A stretch of DNA of 64,000 nucleotides from an uncultured Clostridium sp. Lineage in GTDB: Bacteria; Bacillota; Clostridia; Oscillospirales; Ruminococcaceae. The DNA lies in contig CAZULQ010000008.1 in NCBI GenBank assembly GCA_964621265.1, positions 49 to 64,048 of the forward strand. The letters run 5' to 3'. The notes under the pieces were generated by a model. That model saw only the letters and a program-made list of their open reading frames with translations, was not told the DNA's origin and did no database searches. The position numbers and the translations under genes were made by a program. Below are positions 8,136 to 19,302 of this stretch, piece by piece (position 1 is the stretch's first letter; every line of letters starts with the position of its first letter).

Positions 8136-10544
8136 TTATTTTACAACAAAATTAACAAGTTTATTTGGTACATATATCTGTTTTACAATTGTTTTTCCGC
8201 TCACAGCTTCAGCAACCTTCTCATCCTTAAGAGCGTCAGCGAGGATTGCATCCTTGTCGCCGTCCTTCTGGACATTCATCTTAGTCTTGATTTTGCCGTT
8301 AACCTGAACAACAATTTCAACAGTGTCTTCCACACAGAGAGCCTCATCAAATTCAGGCCACTTCTGTGAGCTTAAAATCTCACCGAAATTGCTCTCATAC
8401 ATTTCTTCTGTCATATGCGGAGCAAATGGATTGAGGAGCATAAGGAGAGTTTTCATCTCAGCCTTGTTGATTGTACCAACCGCATAAACTTCATTTACAA
8501 GTGCCATCATAGCTGCAATAGCTGTGTTGAACTTAAGGCTTTCGATATCCTCTGAAACCTTCTTGATTGTCTTGTGGAATGAAGTTGTAAGCTCCTTGCG
8601 GTACTCATCGCCGTCTGTAAGGTTATCCTGGAGTGCCCATACTCTGTCGAGGAATCTCTTACAGCCCTTGATGCTTGACGGGCTCCATGGAGCAGTCTTT
8701 TCAAAGTCACCGATGAACATTTCGTAAAGACGGAGTGTATCAGCGCCGTATTCATTTACAACGTCATCAGGATTGATAACATTTCCTCTTGACTTGGACA
8801 TCTTCTGTCCGTCCTCACCTAAGATCATACCGTGTGAAGTACGCTTCATGTATGGTTCCTTAGTTGTTGTAACATTGATATCATAGAGGAACTTGTGCCA
8901 GAAACGTGAATAAAGCAGGTGGAGAGTTGTATGTTCCATACCGCCGTTATACCAGTCAACAGGCATCCAGTAATCAAGTGCTTCTCTTGAAGCGAGAGCA
9001 TCAGGATTCTTCGGGTCACAATATCTGAGGAAGTACCATGATGAACCAGCCCACTGTGGCATTGTATCAGTTTCTCTCTTTGCAGGACCTCCGCAGCAAG
9101 GACATGTTGTATTGATAAAGCTTTCGAGTGTTGAAAGCGGGCTTTCGCCGTTGTCTGTCGGCATATAGCTGTCAACATCAGGGAGTGTCAGCGGAAGCTG
9201 TTCTTCAGGAACTGCAACCCAGCCGCACTTATCACAGTGAACAACAGGAATTGGCTCGCCCCAGTATCTCTGACGTGAGAATACCCAGTCACGAAGCTTG
9301 TAGTTAACCTTAGAAGCGCCCTTCTTGTTTTCTTCGAGCCATGCCTTGATTTTAACCTTGGCGTCCTCAACTGAAAGACCGTCTAAGAAACCGCTGTTTG
9401 TCATTATACCTGTTTCGCAGTCTGTAAACGCTTCCTTTTCGATATCTCCGCCCTTTACAACTTCGATAATAGGAAGACCGAATACCTTTGCGAATTCATA
9501 GTCTCTTGTGTCGTGTGCAGGAACAGCCATGATAGCGCCTGTACCGTAAGACATAAGAACATAGTCAGAAATGAAAATAGGGATTTCCTTGCCGTTTACA
9601 GGGTTGATACCCATAACGCCTTCGAGCTTTACGCCTGTCTTGTCCTTGTTCATTTCTGTACGGTCAAAGTCAGACTTCTTAGCCGCCATTTCCTGATATG
9701 CCTTGATTTCGTCCATGTTTGTAAGCTTGTCAGCCCACTTTTCAATATATGGATGTTCAGGCGCAATAACCATGTATGTAGCGCCGAAAAGTGTATCAGG
9801 TCTCGTTGTATAAACTGTAAGGATATCGCCTGCAGTTGAACCGAAGTTTACTTCAGCACCTGTTGAGCGTCCGATCCAGTTTGTCTGAGTTGACTTGATT
9901 TTATCGAGATAGTTTACTTCTGCAAGGTCATCGAGAAGTCTCTGTGCATACTCAGTAATCTTGAGCATCCACTGTGACTTGACCTTTCTGATAACTTCGC
10001 CGCCGCAGCGTTCACAGCAACCACCTACAACTTCTTCGTTTGCGAGAACTACCTTACAGGAAGTACACCAGTTAACAGCCATTTCCTTCTTGTATGCCAG
10101 ACCCTTCTTAAACATTTCAAGGAATATCCACTGTGTCCACTTGTAGTAGTTCGGGTCAGTTGTATCAACTTCTCTTTCCCAGTCAAATGAAAGACCAAGC
10201 ATCTGGAGCTGTTCCTTAAAGTGTGCAATATTGTTCTTTGTTACAATTGCAGGGTGAATCTTGTTCTTGATAGCATAATTTTCAGTCGGAAGACCAAATG
10301 CATCCCAACCCATAGGAAAAAGTACGTTATAGCCTTCAAGACGTCTCTTTCTTGAAACGATGTCCATAGCTGTGTAAGGACGTGGGTGACCGATGTGAAG
10401 TCCCTGACCTGATGGATAAGGGAACTCAACGAGTGCATAGAACTTAGGCTTTGAATAGTCAGTACCTGCTCTGAATGTATTGTTTTCTTCCCAGTATTTC
10501 TGCCATTTCTTTTCTATGGCAGTAAAATTGTATTTCTCGCTCAT
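8136..10544 (-). CDS. leuS: Leucine--tRNA ligase
   Basis: [13 protein letters not shown] (HIGH), [13 protein letters not shown]. Confidence 0.98.
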   Translation of the reverse strand: MSEKYNFTAIEKKWQKYWEENNTFRAGTDYSKPKFYALVEFPYPSGQGLHIGHPRPYTAMDIVSRKRRLEGYNVLFPMGWDAFGLPTENYAIKNKIHPAIVTKNNIAHFKEQLQMLGLSFDWEREVDTTDPNYYKWTQWIFLEMFKKGLAYKKEMAVNWCTSCKVVLANEEVVGGCCERCGGEVIRKVKSQWMLKITEYAQRLLDDLAEVNYLDKIKSTQTNWIGRSTGAEVNFGSTAGDILTVYTTRPDTLFGATYMVIAPEHPYIEKWADKLTNMDEIKAYQEMAAKKSDFDRTEMNKDKTGVKLEGVMGINPVNGKEIPIFISDYVLMSYGTGAIMAVPAHDTRDYEFAKVFGLPIIEVVKGGDIEKEAFTDCETGIMTNSGFLDGLSVEDAKVKIKAWLEENKKGASKVNYKLRDWVFSRQRYWGEPIPVVHCDKCGWVAVPEEQLPLTLPDVDSYMPTDNGESPLSTLESFINTTCPCCGGPAKRETDTMPQWAGSSWYFLRYCDPKNPDALASREALDYWMPVDWYNGGMEHTTLHLLYSRFWHKFLYDINVTTTKEPYMKRTSHGMILGEDGQKMSKSRGNVINPDDVVNEYGADTLRLYEMFIGDFEKTAPWSPSSIKGCKRFLDRVWALQDNLTDGDEYRKELTTSFHKTIKKVSEDIESLKFNTAIAAMMALVNEVYAVGTINKAEMKTLLMLLNPFAPHMTEEMYESNFGEILSSQKWPEFDEALCVEDTVEIVVQVNGKIKTKMNVQKDGDKDAILADALKDEKVAEAVSGKTIVKQIYVPNKLVNFVVK

Positions 10545-10568
10545 TTATATCATTCCTTTAATTTAGTT

Positions 10569-10928
10569 TTATTTGCTCTCCCATGGAGCGTTAGTGAAAT
10601 GTTCCTTGACGTTCGGCATTATACAAATAATAACCGCACAGATAATATCGATTATACCCTCAATCAGATAAAGCAGATTGTCACCGATATTTGAGATATT
10701 GTTTCCGAGGTTTGTAAGAACAACTATTGCAAGAATTACTGCTACAACATAGTTTGTATACTTTATTCCGAGGAAAAGCACAACTGCTAAAATTGCCGCT
10801 GTAATAAGCCCTGTGATTCCAAAACCACCGCCAAGAAGTCCTATAAACATGTTTATAAGCTCCTTGCACACAAGGTATACACCTATAATAATTGCAACCA
10901 TACGTCCTGATTCATTGTTTGTTGTCAT
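10569..10928 (-). CDS. Small hypothetical membrane protein (about 4 TM segments)
   Basis: Mostly hydrophobic 119 aa, GGAGG SD, between rsfS and leuS. Confidence 0.75.
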   Translation of the reverse strand: MTTNNESGRMVAIIIGVYLVCKELINMFIGLLGGGFGITGLITAAILAVVLFLGIKYTNYVVAVILAIVVLTNLGNNISNIGDNLLYLIEGIIDIICAVIICIMPNVKEHFTNAPWESK

Positions 10929-10943
10929 AAGATTATTCCTCCT

Positions 10944-11297
10944 TTAAGTCAGATACCCCTCGATGTCGATTGGCTCCCCGTCAGACCAGAGTCTTTCAAG
11001 CTGGTAATAATCCCTAGTTTCCTTATAAAATACATGAACCACAATATCACCGTAGTCAAGTATTACCCAGTTAGAACCGTTATACCCCTCAGTTCTGTTT
11101 GGTTCAATTCCCTCCTGAGAAAGCTGGTATTCAACCTCCTCAGCAAGAGTCTTTGTATGAGTTGAGCTTGTACCGTTTGCAATTACGAAATAATCCGCAA
11201 GAATTGAAAGGTCGGTAATTTTGATAGCTCTGATTTCCTCGCCTTTTTTCTGGTCGAGAGTTTTTACAATTTTTCCAAGCATTTCATTCTGAGTCAT
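10944..11297 (-). CDS. rsfS: Ribosome silencing factor
   Basis: LDQKKGEEI, ADYFVIANG, WVILDYGDIVVHVF, YQLERLW; start refined to ATG 11297. Confidence 0.96.
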   Translation of the reverse strand: MTQNEMLGKIVKTLDQKKGEEIRAIKITDLSILADYFVIANGTSSTHTKTLAEEVEYQLSQEGIEPNRTEGYNGSNWVILDYGDIVVHVFYKETRDYYQLERLWSDGEPIDIEGYLT

Positions 11298-11315
11298 AAG
11301 CACACTCCTTTTCTT

Positions 11316-12686
11316 TTAATATCCGTAATCATCATCTTCATCATAATCGTATTCAGGCTCTTTCGGTTTCTTGCTTTCACCGGGCTTTGCACCGTCAGCA
11401 ATATCCTGAAGATTATCCTGATTCTGGTCATAGATATCTGTTGAATGGAAATCGCTCTCAACGATTTCAGTAATCGGCAGATCGTCATAACCAAGCTCAG
11501 TCTGATAAGGACGGAAGTATTCATTCAGAACATCAATTGTCGCATCCTTATGAATTGACCATACTGAGTAACCATTATAGTCATCAACAGCTTCACCCGG
11601 AACCATCTGAACTGTTACATCATCAAGATTCATATCCCCTGCAAAGTCCGCAAGAATACTGAGCTCCTTGAGTGACATATCTGTTGCAATATATTCTTTT
11701 TCATATATTTCTGAAAGGAAATTGGTTGCTTCAACTGTTCCCATGTCAATAAACTTCTGCATTGCCGCAGCCATGAATATTCTCTGGGCCTTAACTCGTC
11801 CGATATCACCTTCGTAATATCCCTTTCTCGCACGTACAAAAAGTTCAGCCTGTTCACCGTTTAAAACCTGTTCGCCGGGATAAAGAACCTTGTCGTAGGA
11901 ATAAATAACCTTTTCTGGAAGATTAATCGGGATACCACCGACGAGATCAACCATATCAACAATATCCTCACAGCCTGTTGTAACGTATCTGTCAATCGGA
12001 ATGCCGAATGTATCCCTGACAGCGTCAACAGTTCTCTGAATCGGGATAAGATCCTGATCACCCTGGGAATATACACTGTTAATTTTTCCGTTTGAGCTGC
12101 TTGTATATTCCGGAACATAACTGTCTCTCGGAATCTGCAGAACGTTAATTTTGTCAGCCGCAATATCAAACTGGAAAAGCATCATAACGTCTGAGTTCTG
12201 TCTGCTTTCATCAAAGCCAAGACAAAGAACAGTAAACTGACCTTCGATTATCTGGTCATTTGTAAAGTCACGCTTGTCGTCAATCACCTCAGCCTGACTT
12301 GTAAGCTCATAGCTTGTGGTATCCTTTGAAAGATAGCCTTCCTTTTCAGCCATAGGCGTCTGGGACTTGAACCATTCAAGTACAGACATTGACTGTCCGT
12401 TAGGACCTGTCATAAATGGAATATTCAGCACAAGTATTGCAATAATCAGAATGCCTAAAATTACTGCTGCTGCAATAATAAGCTTTTCCTGAAGTGTTCC
12501 GCTTTTTTTACGTTTTTTATTATTCTTTTTAGATGAACCGGCTTTTTTTGTATTTACTCTGTTCTTGTTCCCCACATTTTTCTGGACAGGCCTTTTGCCG
12601 TTCGGACGATTTGGTGCTCCCGGTCTGTTTGGTCTGTTCGGTCTGTTCTGAGGGGGTCTTTTACCGGATTTCATTTTCTGAGCCAT
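11316..12686 (-). CDS. LCP (LytR-CpsA-Psr) family cell-wall glycopolymer transferase
   Basis: Basic N-tail, single TM, LCLGFD, SDVMML, IPRDS, KINSVY, FVRAR, GDIGRVKAQR. Confidence 0.92.
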   Translation of the reverse strand: MAQKMKSGKRPPQNRPNRPNRPGAPNRPNGKRPVQKNVGNKNRVNTKKAGSSKKNNKKRKKSGTLQEKLIIAAAVILGILIIAILVLNIPFMTGPNGQSMSVLEWFKSQTPMAEKEGYLSKDTTSYELTSQAEVIDDKRDFTNDQIIEGQFTVLCLGFDESRQNSDVMMLFQFDIAADKINVLQIPRDSYVPEYTSSSNGKINSVYSQGDQDLIPIQRTVDAVRDTFGIPIDRYVTTGCEDIVDMVDLVGGIPINLPEKVIYSYDKVLYPGEQVLNGEQAELFVRARKGYYEGDIGRVKAQRIFMAAAMQKFIDMGTVEATNFLSEIYEKEYIATDMSLKELSILADFAGDMNLDDVTVQMVPGEAVDDYNGYSVWSIHKDATIDVLNEYFRPYQTELGYDDLPITEIVESDFHSTDIYDQNQDNLQDIADGAKPGESKKPKEPEYDYDEDDDYGY

Positions 12687-13285
12687 TACTTCTTCTCCTT
12701 ATTCTTCTTTCGGGCAAGGTGAACATAATTATACTGATTGTAAGCTTCAAGAGAATAAACAGGAATATATCCGTGTTTTTTCACAACATTTGTTATCGAA
12801 AAGCTTACTGCCTCAAGCATTGCCTTGTTAAAGTCAGAGTAGGCAAGCTTGCGCATCTTATCAACATCCTTATAATCCCTGTCCTTTGAAATGAGGTCGG
12901 CAAGATAAACAATTTCCTCAAGCCGTGTCATTCCCGACCTTCCGATTGTGTGATATCTGACAGCATTAAGAACATCCGTGTCAGAAACCCCGAGTTTCTC
13001 TTTTATAAAAACCGTTCCCGCAGGACCGTGCCAGAGAGACTTGGACGAAAGCTCGGTATTTGTAATGTCTTCACATTTCAATATCAGTTTTTTTAGTATT
13101 TCTGGCTCATCCTCCTTGCAGATATCATGAACAAGTCCGGCAAAATATGCCTTATCCTCGTTTTCTCCATAAACCTGTGCAAGCTTCAGAGCCTCATCCG
13201 CCACATTCAGAGAATGTGTAAAACGTTTTTTTGAAAGTCTTTTTTCAAGCAAAGACTTAATTTGTTCGACATCTTCCATCGACAA
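12686..13285 (-). CDS. yqeK: YqeK HD-domain Ap4A hydrolase
   Basis: RFTHSLNVA, AGLVHDICK, HGPAG, VRYHTIG, YLADLI; follows nadD. Confidence 0.92.
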   Translation of the reverse strand: MSMEDVEQIKSLLEKRLSKKRFTHSLNVADEALKLAQVYGENEDKAYFAGLVHDICKEDEPEILKKLILKCEDITNTELSSKSLWHGPAGTVFIKEKLGVSDTDVLNAVRYHTIGRSGMTRLEEIVYLADLISKDRDYKDVDKMRKLAYSDFNKAMLEAVSFSITNVVKKHGYIPVYSLEAYNQYNYVHLARKKNKEKK

Positions 13286-13298
13286 TCAAACTCCTAAA

Positions 13299-13895
13299 TT
13301 ACATATACAATTTATTCGACATTATATATTTTACTACTTTTCCATTCAAATAGCAAGATAAATCATCATTATTTTTTATCATTTTTCGGATTTCTGAAGA
13401 TGACATAACAACCGCCTCGGCATTTACTACAACACATCTGCCGTGTTCCGATAACTTTTCAGCCATTTTAGACAGTTGGTCAGAATCTTCCCCCGTACGG
13501 GTTACTGCTACAAGCGTAACATTTGCTAAAATCTCACGATACTCAAACCAGCTTTCAAAGCAAAGAAGCATATCACTTCCCACAAGCCAGTAAAGCTCAT
13601 CCTCCGGAAAAAGCTCTTTAAAGTGACGTACAGTATAAACAGTATAGCTTTTTCTGTCGTTTGCGATTTCATAGTCGCTCACTTCAATGCCATCGTATTC
13701 CTCACATGCCATACGGCACATTTCAAGCCTGTCGCACGCAGGCGCATACTCAGCGCTCGATTTGTGAGGCGATGTCCCCGACGGGATAAGAATAATCCTG
13801 TCAAGTCCCAGCTTTTCCCTGACTGAAATCAGAAGATTTATATGTCCTTTATGAATGGGGTTGAAACTGCCCCCGAAAAGACCAATTTTAGCCAT
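13299..13895 (-). CDS. nadD: Nicotinate-nucleotide adenylyltransferase
   Basis: GLFGGSFNPIHKGH, SPHK, SYT, LVGSD, SSSEIR. Confidence 0.96.
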   Translation of the reverse strand: MAKIGLFGGSFNPIHKGHINLLISVREKLGLDRIILIPSGTSPHKSSAEYAPACDRLEMCRMACEEYDGIEVSDYEIANDRKSYTVYTVRHFKELFPEDELYWLVGSDMLLCFESWFEYREILANVTLVAVTRTGEDSDQLSKMAEKLSEHGRCVVVNAEAVVMSSSEIRKMIKNNDDLSCYLNGKVVKYIMSNKLYM

Positions 13896-14188
13896 TATAA
13901 TTTTATGTCAATAACAGGCTCTTTAGGATTTCTCTTAAAAAGTACAAATCTGCTGCCTATTACCTGAACCACATCCGCACCTGTCTTTTCTGCAATTTCC
14001 TCAGCAGCCTCCCTTGCTGAATACATGCTGTTATCAAGCACTCTGAGCTTTATAAGCTCTCTTTTTCTGAGTGCATCTGAAACCTGTGAAATAAGTGTAT
14101 CCGAAATGCCGCCCTTGCCCACCTGGAAAATTGTATCCATAGTGCTGGCAATTCCTCTTAAAGCGGCTCTCTGCTTGCTGTTTAACAT
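13895..14188 (-). CDS. yhbY: YhbY/CRM-domain RNA-binding protein
   Basis: LNSKQRAALRG, QVGKGG, ELIKLRVL, VQVIG. Confidence 0.93.
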   Translation of the reverse strand: MLNSKQRAALRGIASTMDTIFQVGKGGISDTLISQVSDALRKRELIKLRVLDNSMYSAREAAEEIAEKTGADVVQVIGSRFVLFKRNPKEPVIDIKL

Positions 14189-14769
14189 AAGCCATCCTCT
14201 TTCTTTTTCAATATATCACAAAGCTGCTGAAGCGCTTTTGCTCTGTGACTGATTTTGTTTTTCTCATCTGCCGTCATCTGGGCGATTGTCTTGTCGCCGT
14301 AGACAAATATCGGGTCATATCCGAATCCGTTTGTACCGAGCATTTCATGGCCGATTTTTCCCTCGCATCTTCCCGAAGCATTATAGATAAACCCGTCGTC
14401 CATCATAACGATTGCACATTCAAAATATGCGCTTCTCTTTTCTTCAGGAACATCCTTCATCTCGTCCAGAAGCTTCTGACATTCCTCGCCCTTCGGCGCA
14501 TAACGCGCAGAATAAATTCCGGGTCTGCCGCCGAGTGCCTCAACGCACAGACCGCTGTCATCTGCAATAACTGCGTAATCTGTGATATCGTAAATCGCCT
14601 GTGCTTTGATAAGAGCGTTTTCGGCAAATGTACTGCCGTTTTCCTCAACCTCAATTTCACCGACAGCTTCTGACTGTGAAACTACATCATATCCGAGCGG
14701 CGAAAGAATTTCAGTAAATTCCTTTATCTTGCCCTTGTTGTTGCTTGCGATTATAACCTTTTTACTCAT
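14182..14769 (-). CDS. rdgB: Non-canonical purine NTP pyrophosphatase (Ham1/RdgB)
   Basis: IASNNKGK, EENGSTFAENALIKA, ADDSGL, PGIYSARY, GFGYDPIF, KISHR; start refined to ATG 14769 overlapping ftsY stop. Confidence 0.95.
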   Translation of the reverse strand: MSKKVIIASNNKGKIKEFTEILSPLGYDVVSQSEAVGEIEVEENGSTFAENALIKAQAIYDITDYAVIADDSGLCVEALGGRPGIYSARYAPKGEECQKLLDEMKDVPEEKRSAYFECAIVMMDDGFIYNASGRCEGKIGHEMLGTNGFGYDPIFVYGDKTIAQMTADEKNKISHRAKALQQLCDILKKKEDGLC

Positions 14770-15718
14770 CTTCGCTTTCCTCCGAAGCTTCTGCTTCAGT
14801 TTCAGTTGATGTATTTTCAAAAAGTGCTCTCACAAAATCTCTGCTGTCAAACGGCTGAAGGTCATCAATCTTTTCACCAACGCCAATAAGCTTTACAGGT
14901 ATGCCAAGCTCATTCTTTATAGAAATTACGATACCGCCCTTGGCTGTACCGTCAAGCTTTGTAAGCACAATTCCGCTTATCGGTGCAACTTCCTTGAAAA
15001 GTCTTGCCTGATTTACCGCGTTCTGACCTGTTGTTGCATCAAGCACAAGGAGTACTTCCTTTGAGCTTTCAGGTGCTTCACGCTCAATAATTCTGTTCAT
15101 TTTTGCAAGCTCATCCATAAGGTTTTTCTTATTGTGAAGTCTGCCTGCAGTATCACAGATAAGGACATCACAGCCCCTTGCCTTTGCCGCCGCAATAGCG
15201 TCAAATACAACCGAAGCAGGGTCTGAGCCTTCGGCGTGCTTTACAATATCAACGCCTGCTCTCTGTGTCCATACCTCAAGCTGGTCAATTGCCGCTGCAC
15301 GGAATGTATCCGCTGCCGCAACAATAACCTTCTTACTCTCATTTTTAAACGAATGACAAAGCTTACCGATAGTTGTTGTCTTTCCCGCACCGTTTACGCC
15401 GATAACCATTATAACCGACGGTGAAACAGAAAGGTCAAGACCTGTATCATCGCCCATCATTTCAGCGACAATTTCCTGTATCATTTCCATAATAAGCGAC
15501 GGGTCTGTAACGCCTCTTTCCTTAATACGACGCCTTAGTTCCTCGCATATCTGCACAGATGTTTCAACACCCATATCACTCATTATCATAGTTTCTTCAA
15601 GCTGTTCAAAAAGGTCTTCATCAATCTTGGTAAAGGAGTTTACAACTCTCTGCATTTTCTTTACCATTGATTCCTTGGTCTTTTTAAGTCCTTCTTTGAT
15701 TTTACTGAAAAATCCCAT
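14762..15718 (-). CDS. ftsY: SRP receptor FtsY
   Basis: GVNGAGKTTT, DTFRAAA, DTAGR, TKLDGTAKGG. Confidence 0.98.
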   Translation of the reverse strand: MGFFSKIKEGLKKTKESMVKKMQRVVNSFTKIDEDLFEQLEETMIMSDMGVETSVQICEELRRRIKERGVTDPSLIMEMIQEIVAEMMGDDTGLDLSVSPSVIMVIGVNGAGKTTTIGKLCHSFKNESKKVIVAAADTFRAAAIDQLEVWTQRAGVDIVKHAEGSDPASVVFDAIAAAKARGCDVLICDTAGRLHNKKNLMDELAKMNRIIEREAPESSKEVLLVLDATTGQNAVNQARLFKEVAPISGIVLTKLDGTAKGGIVISIKNELGIPVKLIGVGEKIDDLQPFDSRDFVRALFENTSTETEAEASEESEDE

Positions 15719-18700
15719 TATTCATCTTCCCTTTCCTGCTTCGGGGCATCCTCTGCTTCAATCTGCTCCATCTTAAGAAGTTTTGAAATGCCGTCCTCCT
15801 GCATTGTTACACCATAAAGGACATTTGCTTCCTCCATAGCGCTTCGTCTGTGAGTTACAAGTACAAACTGAGTTGTATTGGTAAAGTTTTTGAGATACTG
15901 AGCATATTTCTTGACATTTACTTCATCAAGTGCCGCATCGATTTCATCAAGAATACAAAACGGTGCAGGACGCAGTTTTAAAATCGCAAAGTAAATACAG
16001 ATAGCGATAAACGACTGCTCACCACCCGAAAGTGAAATAAGATTTTTAATAACCTTTCCGGGAGGTGCAACTCTGATTTCAATTCCCGATTCAAGAACAT
16101 TTTCAGGGTCGCTGAGTATAAGTTCTGCCTTACCGCCGCCGAAAAGCTCTCTGAAAATTTCTTTGAAGTTATTGTTGATAATAACAAAGCTTTCCGCAAA
16201 AATACGGCACATATCCTCTGTCAGTTCTTCAATCAAGCGTTCAAGCTCACGCTTTGACTGCCTTACATCCTCAAGCTGTTCTGAAAGGAAATTATATCTT
16301 TCTGATACTTCCTTGTATTCTTCAATCGCTCCGACATTTACATTACCGAGCGCTCTGATTTTACCCTTGATTTCATTAAGCTGCTTGTTTGCTTCTGTCA
16401 GATCTTCAATCTTTTCAGCAATTTCCTCAGCCTCTGAGCGTGTAAGCTCATAAACCTCGTAAAGCTGGGTTATAATGTTGTCAAAGTCACGCTGTGCCGA
16501 AGCCTTACGTTCCTCAGCCTTTGAAATCTCGCCCGAATATTTTTCCTTGGCGATATTAAGCTCCTTGACACCCTTTCTGAGTGTCTCAACATAAGCCTCC
16601 TGCTGAGCGTGAACATTCTGCCAGTTCTTTATATCATTATTATATTTCACAACTGCTTCACTTATTTCAGAAAGCTGTTTCTTTCGTTCTTCGATTAACT
16701 TCAGCTTGCTTTCGATAAGTTCTTCATGCTGTCTGAGATTTTTGTCAAGCTCTGAGAGTGTCAGCGCAGTATTCTCACTGCTCTGACGCAGCATTTCAAG
16801 CTCTCTCTCTGCTATTGATTTATCCTTTGAAAGTTCAGCAGACTTGATACGAAGCGATGACATTTCAGCTGAAAATGCTTCACGTCTGCTTCTGATATCT
16901 TCTTTTTTATTCTGAGCCTTAGCAAGACTTTCCTCAGCTTTTCTGATTGTCTCATCAAGCTCTGCAAGCTTCATGCGTGCTTCTTCTGCCGCCTGTACGC
17001 CTGACTGCATCTTGTTTTTCAATGCATCAAAGCGTGACTTGAAATCATCAAGCTGTGACTGTGTCTGTGCCTCAAGCGCTTCTGCTCTTGAAAGCTCAGC
17101 TTCAAATCTGATTTTATCCTGCAGTATTTCATTCTGCTCGTTCTTAACGCCCGAAAGCTCAATTTCAAGCTTTGCAACAACACCCGAAAGCTTATGTATT
17201 TCACCGAGTCCTTCCTCAGACTTTTTGGTATATTCCTCAATCTGAGCCGCAAGTGAATCAAGTTCATTTTTTCTTGAGAAAACACCCGCTGAGTGTACAG
17301 CCGAACCACCCGTAAACGAGCCGCCTGCATTAACAAGCTGACCGTCGAGTGTTACAATTCTGAATTTATATCCGTATTTCTTAGCAATCAGCGCCGCACT
17401 GTCAATATCCTCCGCAACAGCTGTTCTGCCAAGCAGTGAATTAACAATTCCGCTGTACTGTAAGTCATACTCAACAAGCTCACTGCCAAGCGCAATAAAG
17501 CCGTCCTCAGAAGAAAGCTTCGGTTCATTAAGAGTATATCCCTTAACCGATGTCATCGGCAGGAATGTTGCTCGACCCATTCGGTTTTCCTTGAGCATTC
17601 TGATACAGCGTTTTGCCGCCGTGTCGTCCTCAACGATGATATTCTGCATCGCACCGCCGAGTGCTGTTTCAATAGCAGTCGCATACTCCTGCTTTACATT
17701 TATAAGCTGTGCAACCGTACCTCTGATGCCGCCGATTTTCCCGATGGAAGATGCCTTCATAATTTCCTTTACGGAACGTGCAAAGCCCTCCATGTTGTTT
17801 TCAAGGTCGCAAAGAAGTTTTCTTCTCTGCTGCTTTTCACGTATTGCAAGGTTTAAATCTTCCTGTGCTTTTTTAAGCTCAGAAAGCTTTGACTGCTTGC
17901 TTCCAAGAAGCGTATTGTAACCCGCAAGCTGATTTTGCAGCTCCTGTGCCTTTTCCTCAGCCGCCCTGACTCCGCTTCTGATTTCATCCTTTTCCTTTGC
18001 ATACTGCAAAAGCTGGTCCTTAAGAGCATCTTCCTGCTGCTCCATAGCTTCAAGCTGCTGGGCAGCGTCCGCCTCAGCTGACTGGGCGTTTGCAATATCA
18101 GAGCGATATCTGCTCTGCTTTATATAAAGCGCATTTATTTCATTACCTGTTTTGTCCGAGGCTTCACCGAGACTTTCGTCCTCTCTCTGAGCCTGTTCAA
18201 AGCTTTTTTCCGCTTCCGCAAGTCTTATTTCAAGCGCCTTGATTTCCTTTTCGATTTCGGAAATCTCATAAAGCTTTCTGTCAATATCCTCTTTGAACTT
18301 CTGCTCGTTATCAGAAAGTGATTTCTTCTGTTCCTCGATTGAGTCAATGCCTGCACGGCTGTGAGATATATCATTTTCAAAAACGGCAATGTCCGCCTTA
18401 TACTGCGAGGACTGCTTTTCCGTTTCAAGAATCTGCTCTCTGAGCTGTTCCACCATAACGGAGCTTTCCTGAATCTTTCGATAACCCTCGTTTATCTTTT
18501 CTTCCTCACGCTCAATGTCATTCTGAATATTCTGATATTCATTCTTGTTCATGAGCAAATCGTTGTCAAGAACCTCAAGCTTTTCCTTAAGCTCACCAAT
18601 CTTGTGCACCCATACGGAAATTTCAAGCTTTTTTCTTTCTTCCGCCATAACAACGAACTTTTCAGCCTTTTCCGCCTGTGCTTTAAGCGGTCCGACACGT

Positions 18701-19299
18701 CCCTCAAGCTCAGACACAATATCATTGAGTCTCAGGAGATTTTCCTGTGCCGCCGAAAGCTTTCTTTCTGCTTCAGTCTTTCTGTAACGGAATTTTGAGA
18801 TACCCGCCGCCTCTTCAAAAATATCACGGCGCTCATTGCTCTTGGCACTGACAATCTCAGCAATACGTCCCTGACCGATTATAGAATAACCGTCACGTCC
18901 GAGACCCGTGTCCATAAAAAGCTCATTTATGTCTTTAAGACGTACATTTTTCCCGTTGATTTTATATTCGCTCTCACCGCTTCTGTAAAGCTTTCGTGTA
19001 ATACTCACTTCATCTTCATCGCTGTTGAGCGTTCTGTCCGAGTTGTCAAGCGTCAGCGTTACAACCGCAAAGCCGACAGGCTTTCTGGCAACAGTACCGG
19101 AAAAAATAACATCCTCCATCTTGTTGCCTCTGAGAGTTTTTGTAGACTGCTCACCGAGTACCCATCTGATAGAGTCACCGATATTACTTTTTCCGCTGCC
19201 GTTAGGGCCGACAACAGCTGTCAGACCCTTATCAAAGCTAAGCCTGATTTTGTCCGGAAAGGACTTGAATCCCTGTAATTCAAGTGATTTTAAATACAT
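15718..19299 (-). CDS. smc: Chromosome segregation protein SMC
   Basis: GFKSF, VGPNGSGKSN, long coiled coils, hinge GRATFLP, LSGGEQ, ILDEIDAALD. Confidence 0.98.
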   Translation of the reverse strand: MYLKSLELQGFKSFPDKIRLSFDKGLTAVVGPNGSGKSNIGDSIRWVLGEQSTKTLRGNKMEDVIFSGTVARKPVGFAVVTLTLDNSDRTLNSDEDEVSITRKLYRSGESEYKINGKNVRLKDINELFMDTGLGRDGYSIIGQGRIAEIVSAKSNERRDIFEEAAGISKFRYRKTEAERKLSAAQENLLRLNDIVSELEGRVGPLKAQAEKAEKFVVMAEERKKLEISVWVHKIGELKEKLEVLDNDLLMNKNEYQNIQNDIEREEEKINEGYRKIQESSVMVEQLREQILETEKQSSQYKADIAVFENDISHSRAGIDSIEEQKKSLSDNEQKFKEDIDRKLYEISEIEKEIKALEIRLAEAEKSFEQAQREDESLGEASDKTGNEINALYIKQSRYRSDIANAQSAEADAAQQLEAMEQQEDALKDQLLQYAKEKDEIRSGVRAAEEKAQELQNQLAGYNTLLGSKQSKLSELKKAQEDLNLAIREKQQRRKLLCDLENNMEGFARSVKEIMKASSIGKIGGIRGTVAQLINVKQEYATAIETALGGAMQNIIVEDDTAAKRCIRMLKENRMGRATFLPMTSVKGYTLNEPKLSSEDGFIALGSELVEYDLQYSGIVNSLLGRTAVAEDIDSAALIAKKYGYKFRIVTLDGQLVNAGGSFTGGSAVHSAGVFSRKNELDSLAAQIEEYTKKSEEGLGEIHKLSGVVAKLEIELSGVKNEQNEILQDKIRFEAELSRAEALEAQTQSQLDDFKSRFDALKNKMQSGVQAAEEARMKLAELDETIRKAEESLAKAQNKKEDIRSRREAFSAEMSSLRIKSAELSKDKSIAERELEMLRQSSENTALTLSELDKNLRQHEELIESKLKLIEERKKQLSEISEAVVKYNNDIKNWQNVHAQQEAYVETLRKGVKELNIAKEKYSGEISKAEERKASAQRDFDNIITQLYEVYELTRSEAEEIAEKIEDLTEANKQLNEIKGKIRALGNVNVGAIEEYKEVSERYNFLSEQLEDVRQSKRELERLIEELTEDMCRIFAESFVIINNNFKEIFRELFGGGKAELILSDPENVLESGIEIRVAPPGKVIKNLISLSGGEQSFIAICIYFAILKLRPAPFCILDEIDAALDEVNVKKYAQYLKNFTNTTQFVLVTHRRSAMEEANVLYGVTMQEDGISKLLKMEQIEAEDAPKQEREDE

Positions 19300-19302
19300 A
19301 AA

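Noticed and set aside
10544-10600. T-box upstream of leuS (also checked upstream of pheA)
   Set aside because: Only 24 nt of intergenic space before leuS, and no AAGGTGGTACCGC-type motif at either locus
11316-14769. rdgB-yhbY-nadD-yqeK-LCP cluster as a novel system
   Set aside because: Ordinary conserved Clostridial housekeeping order
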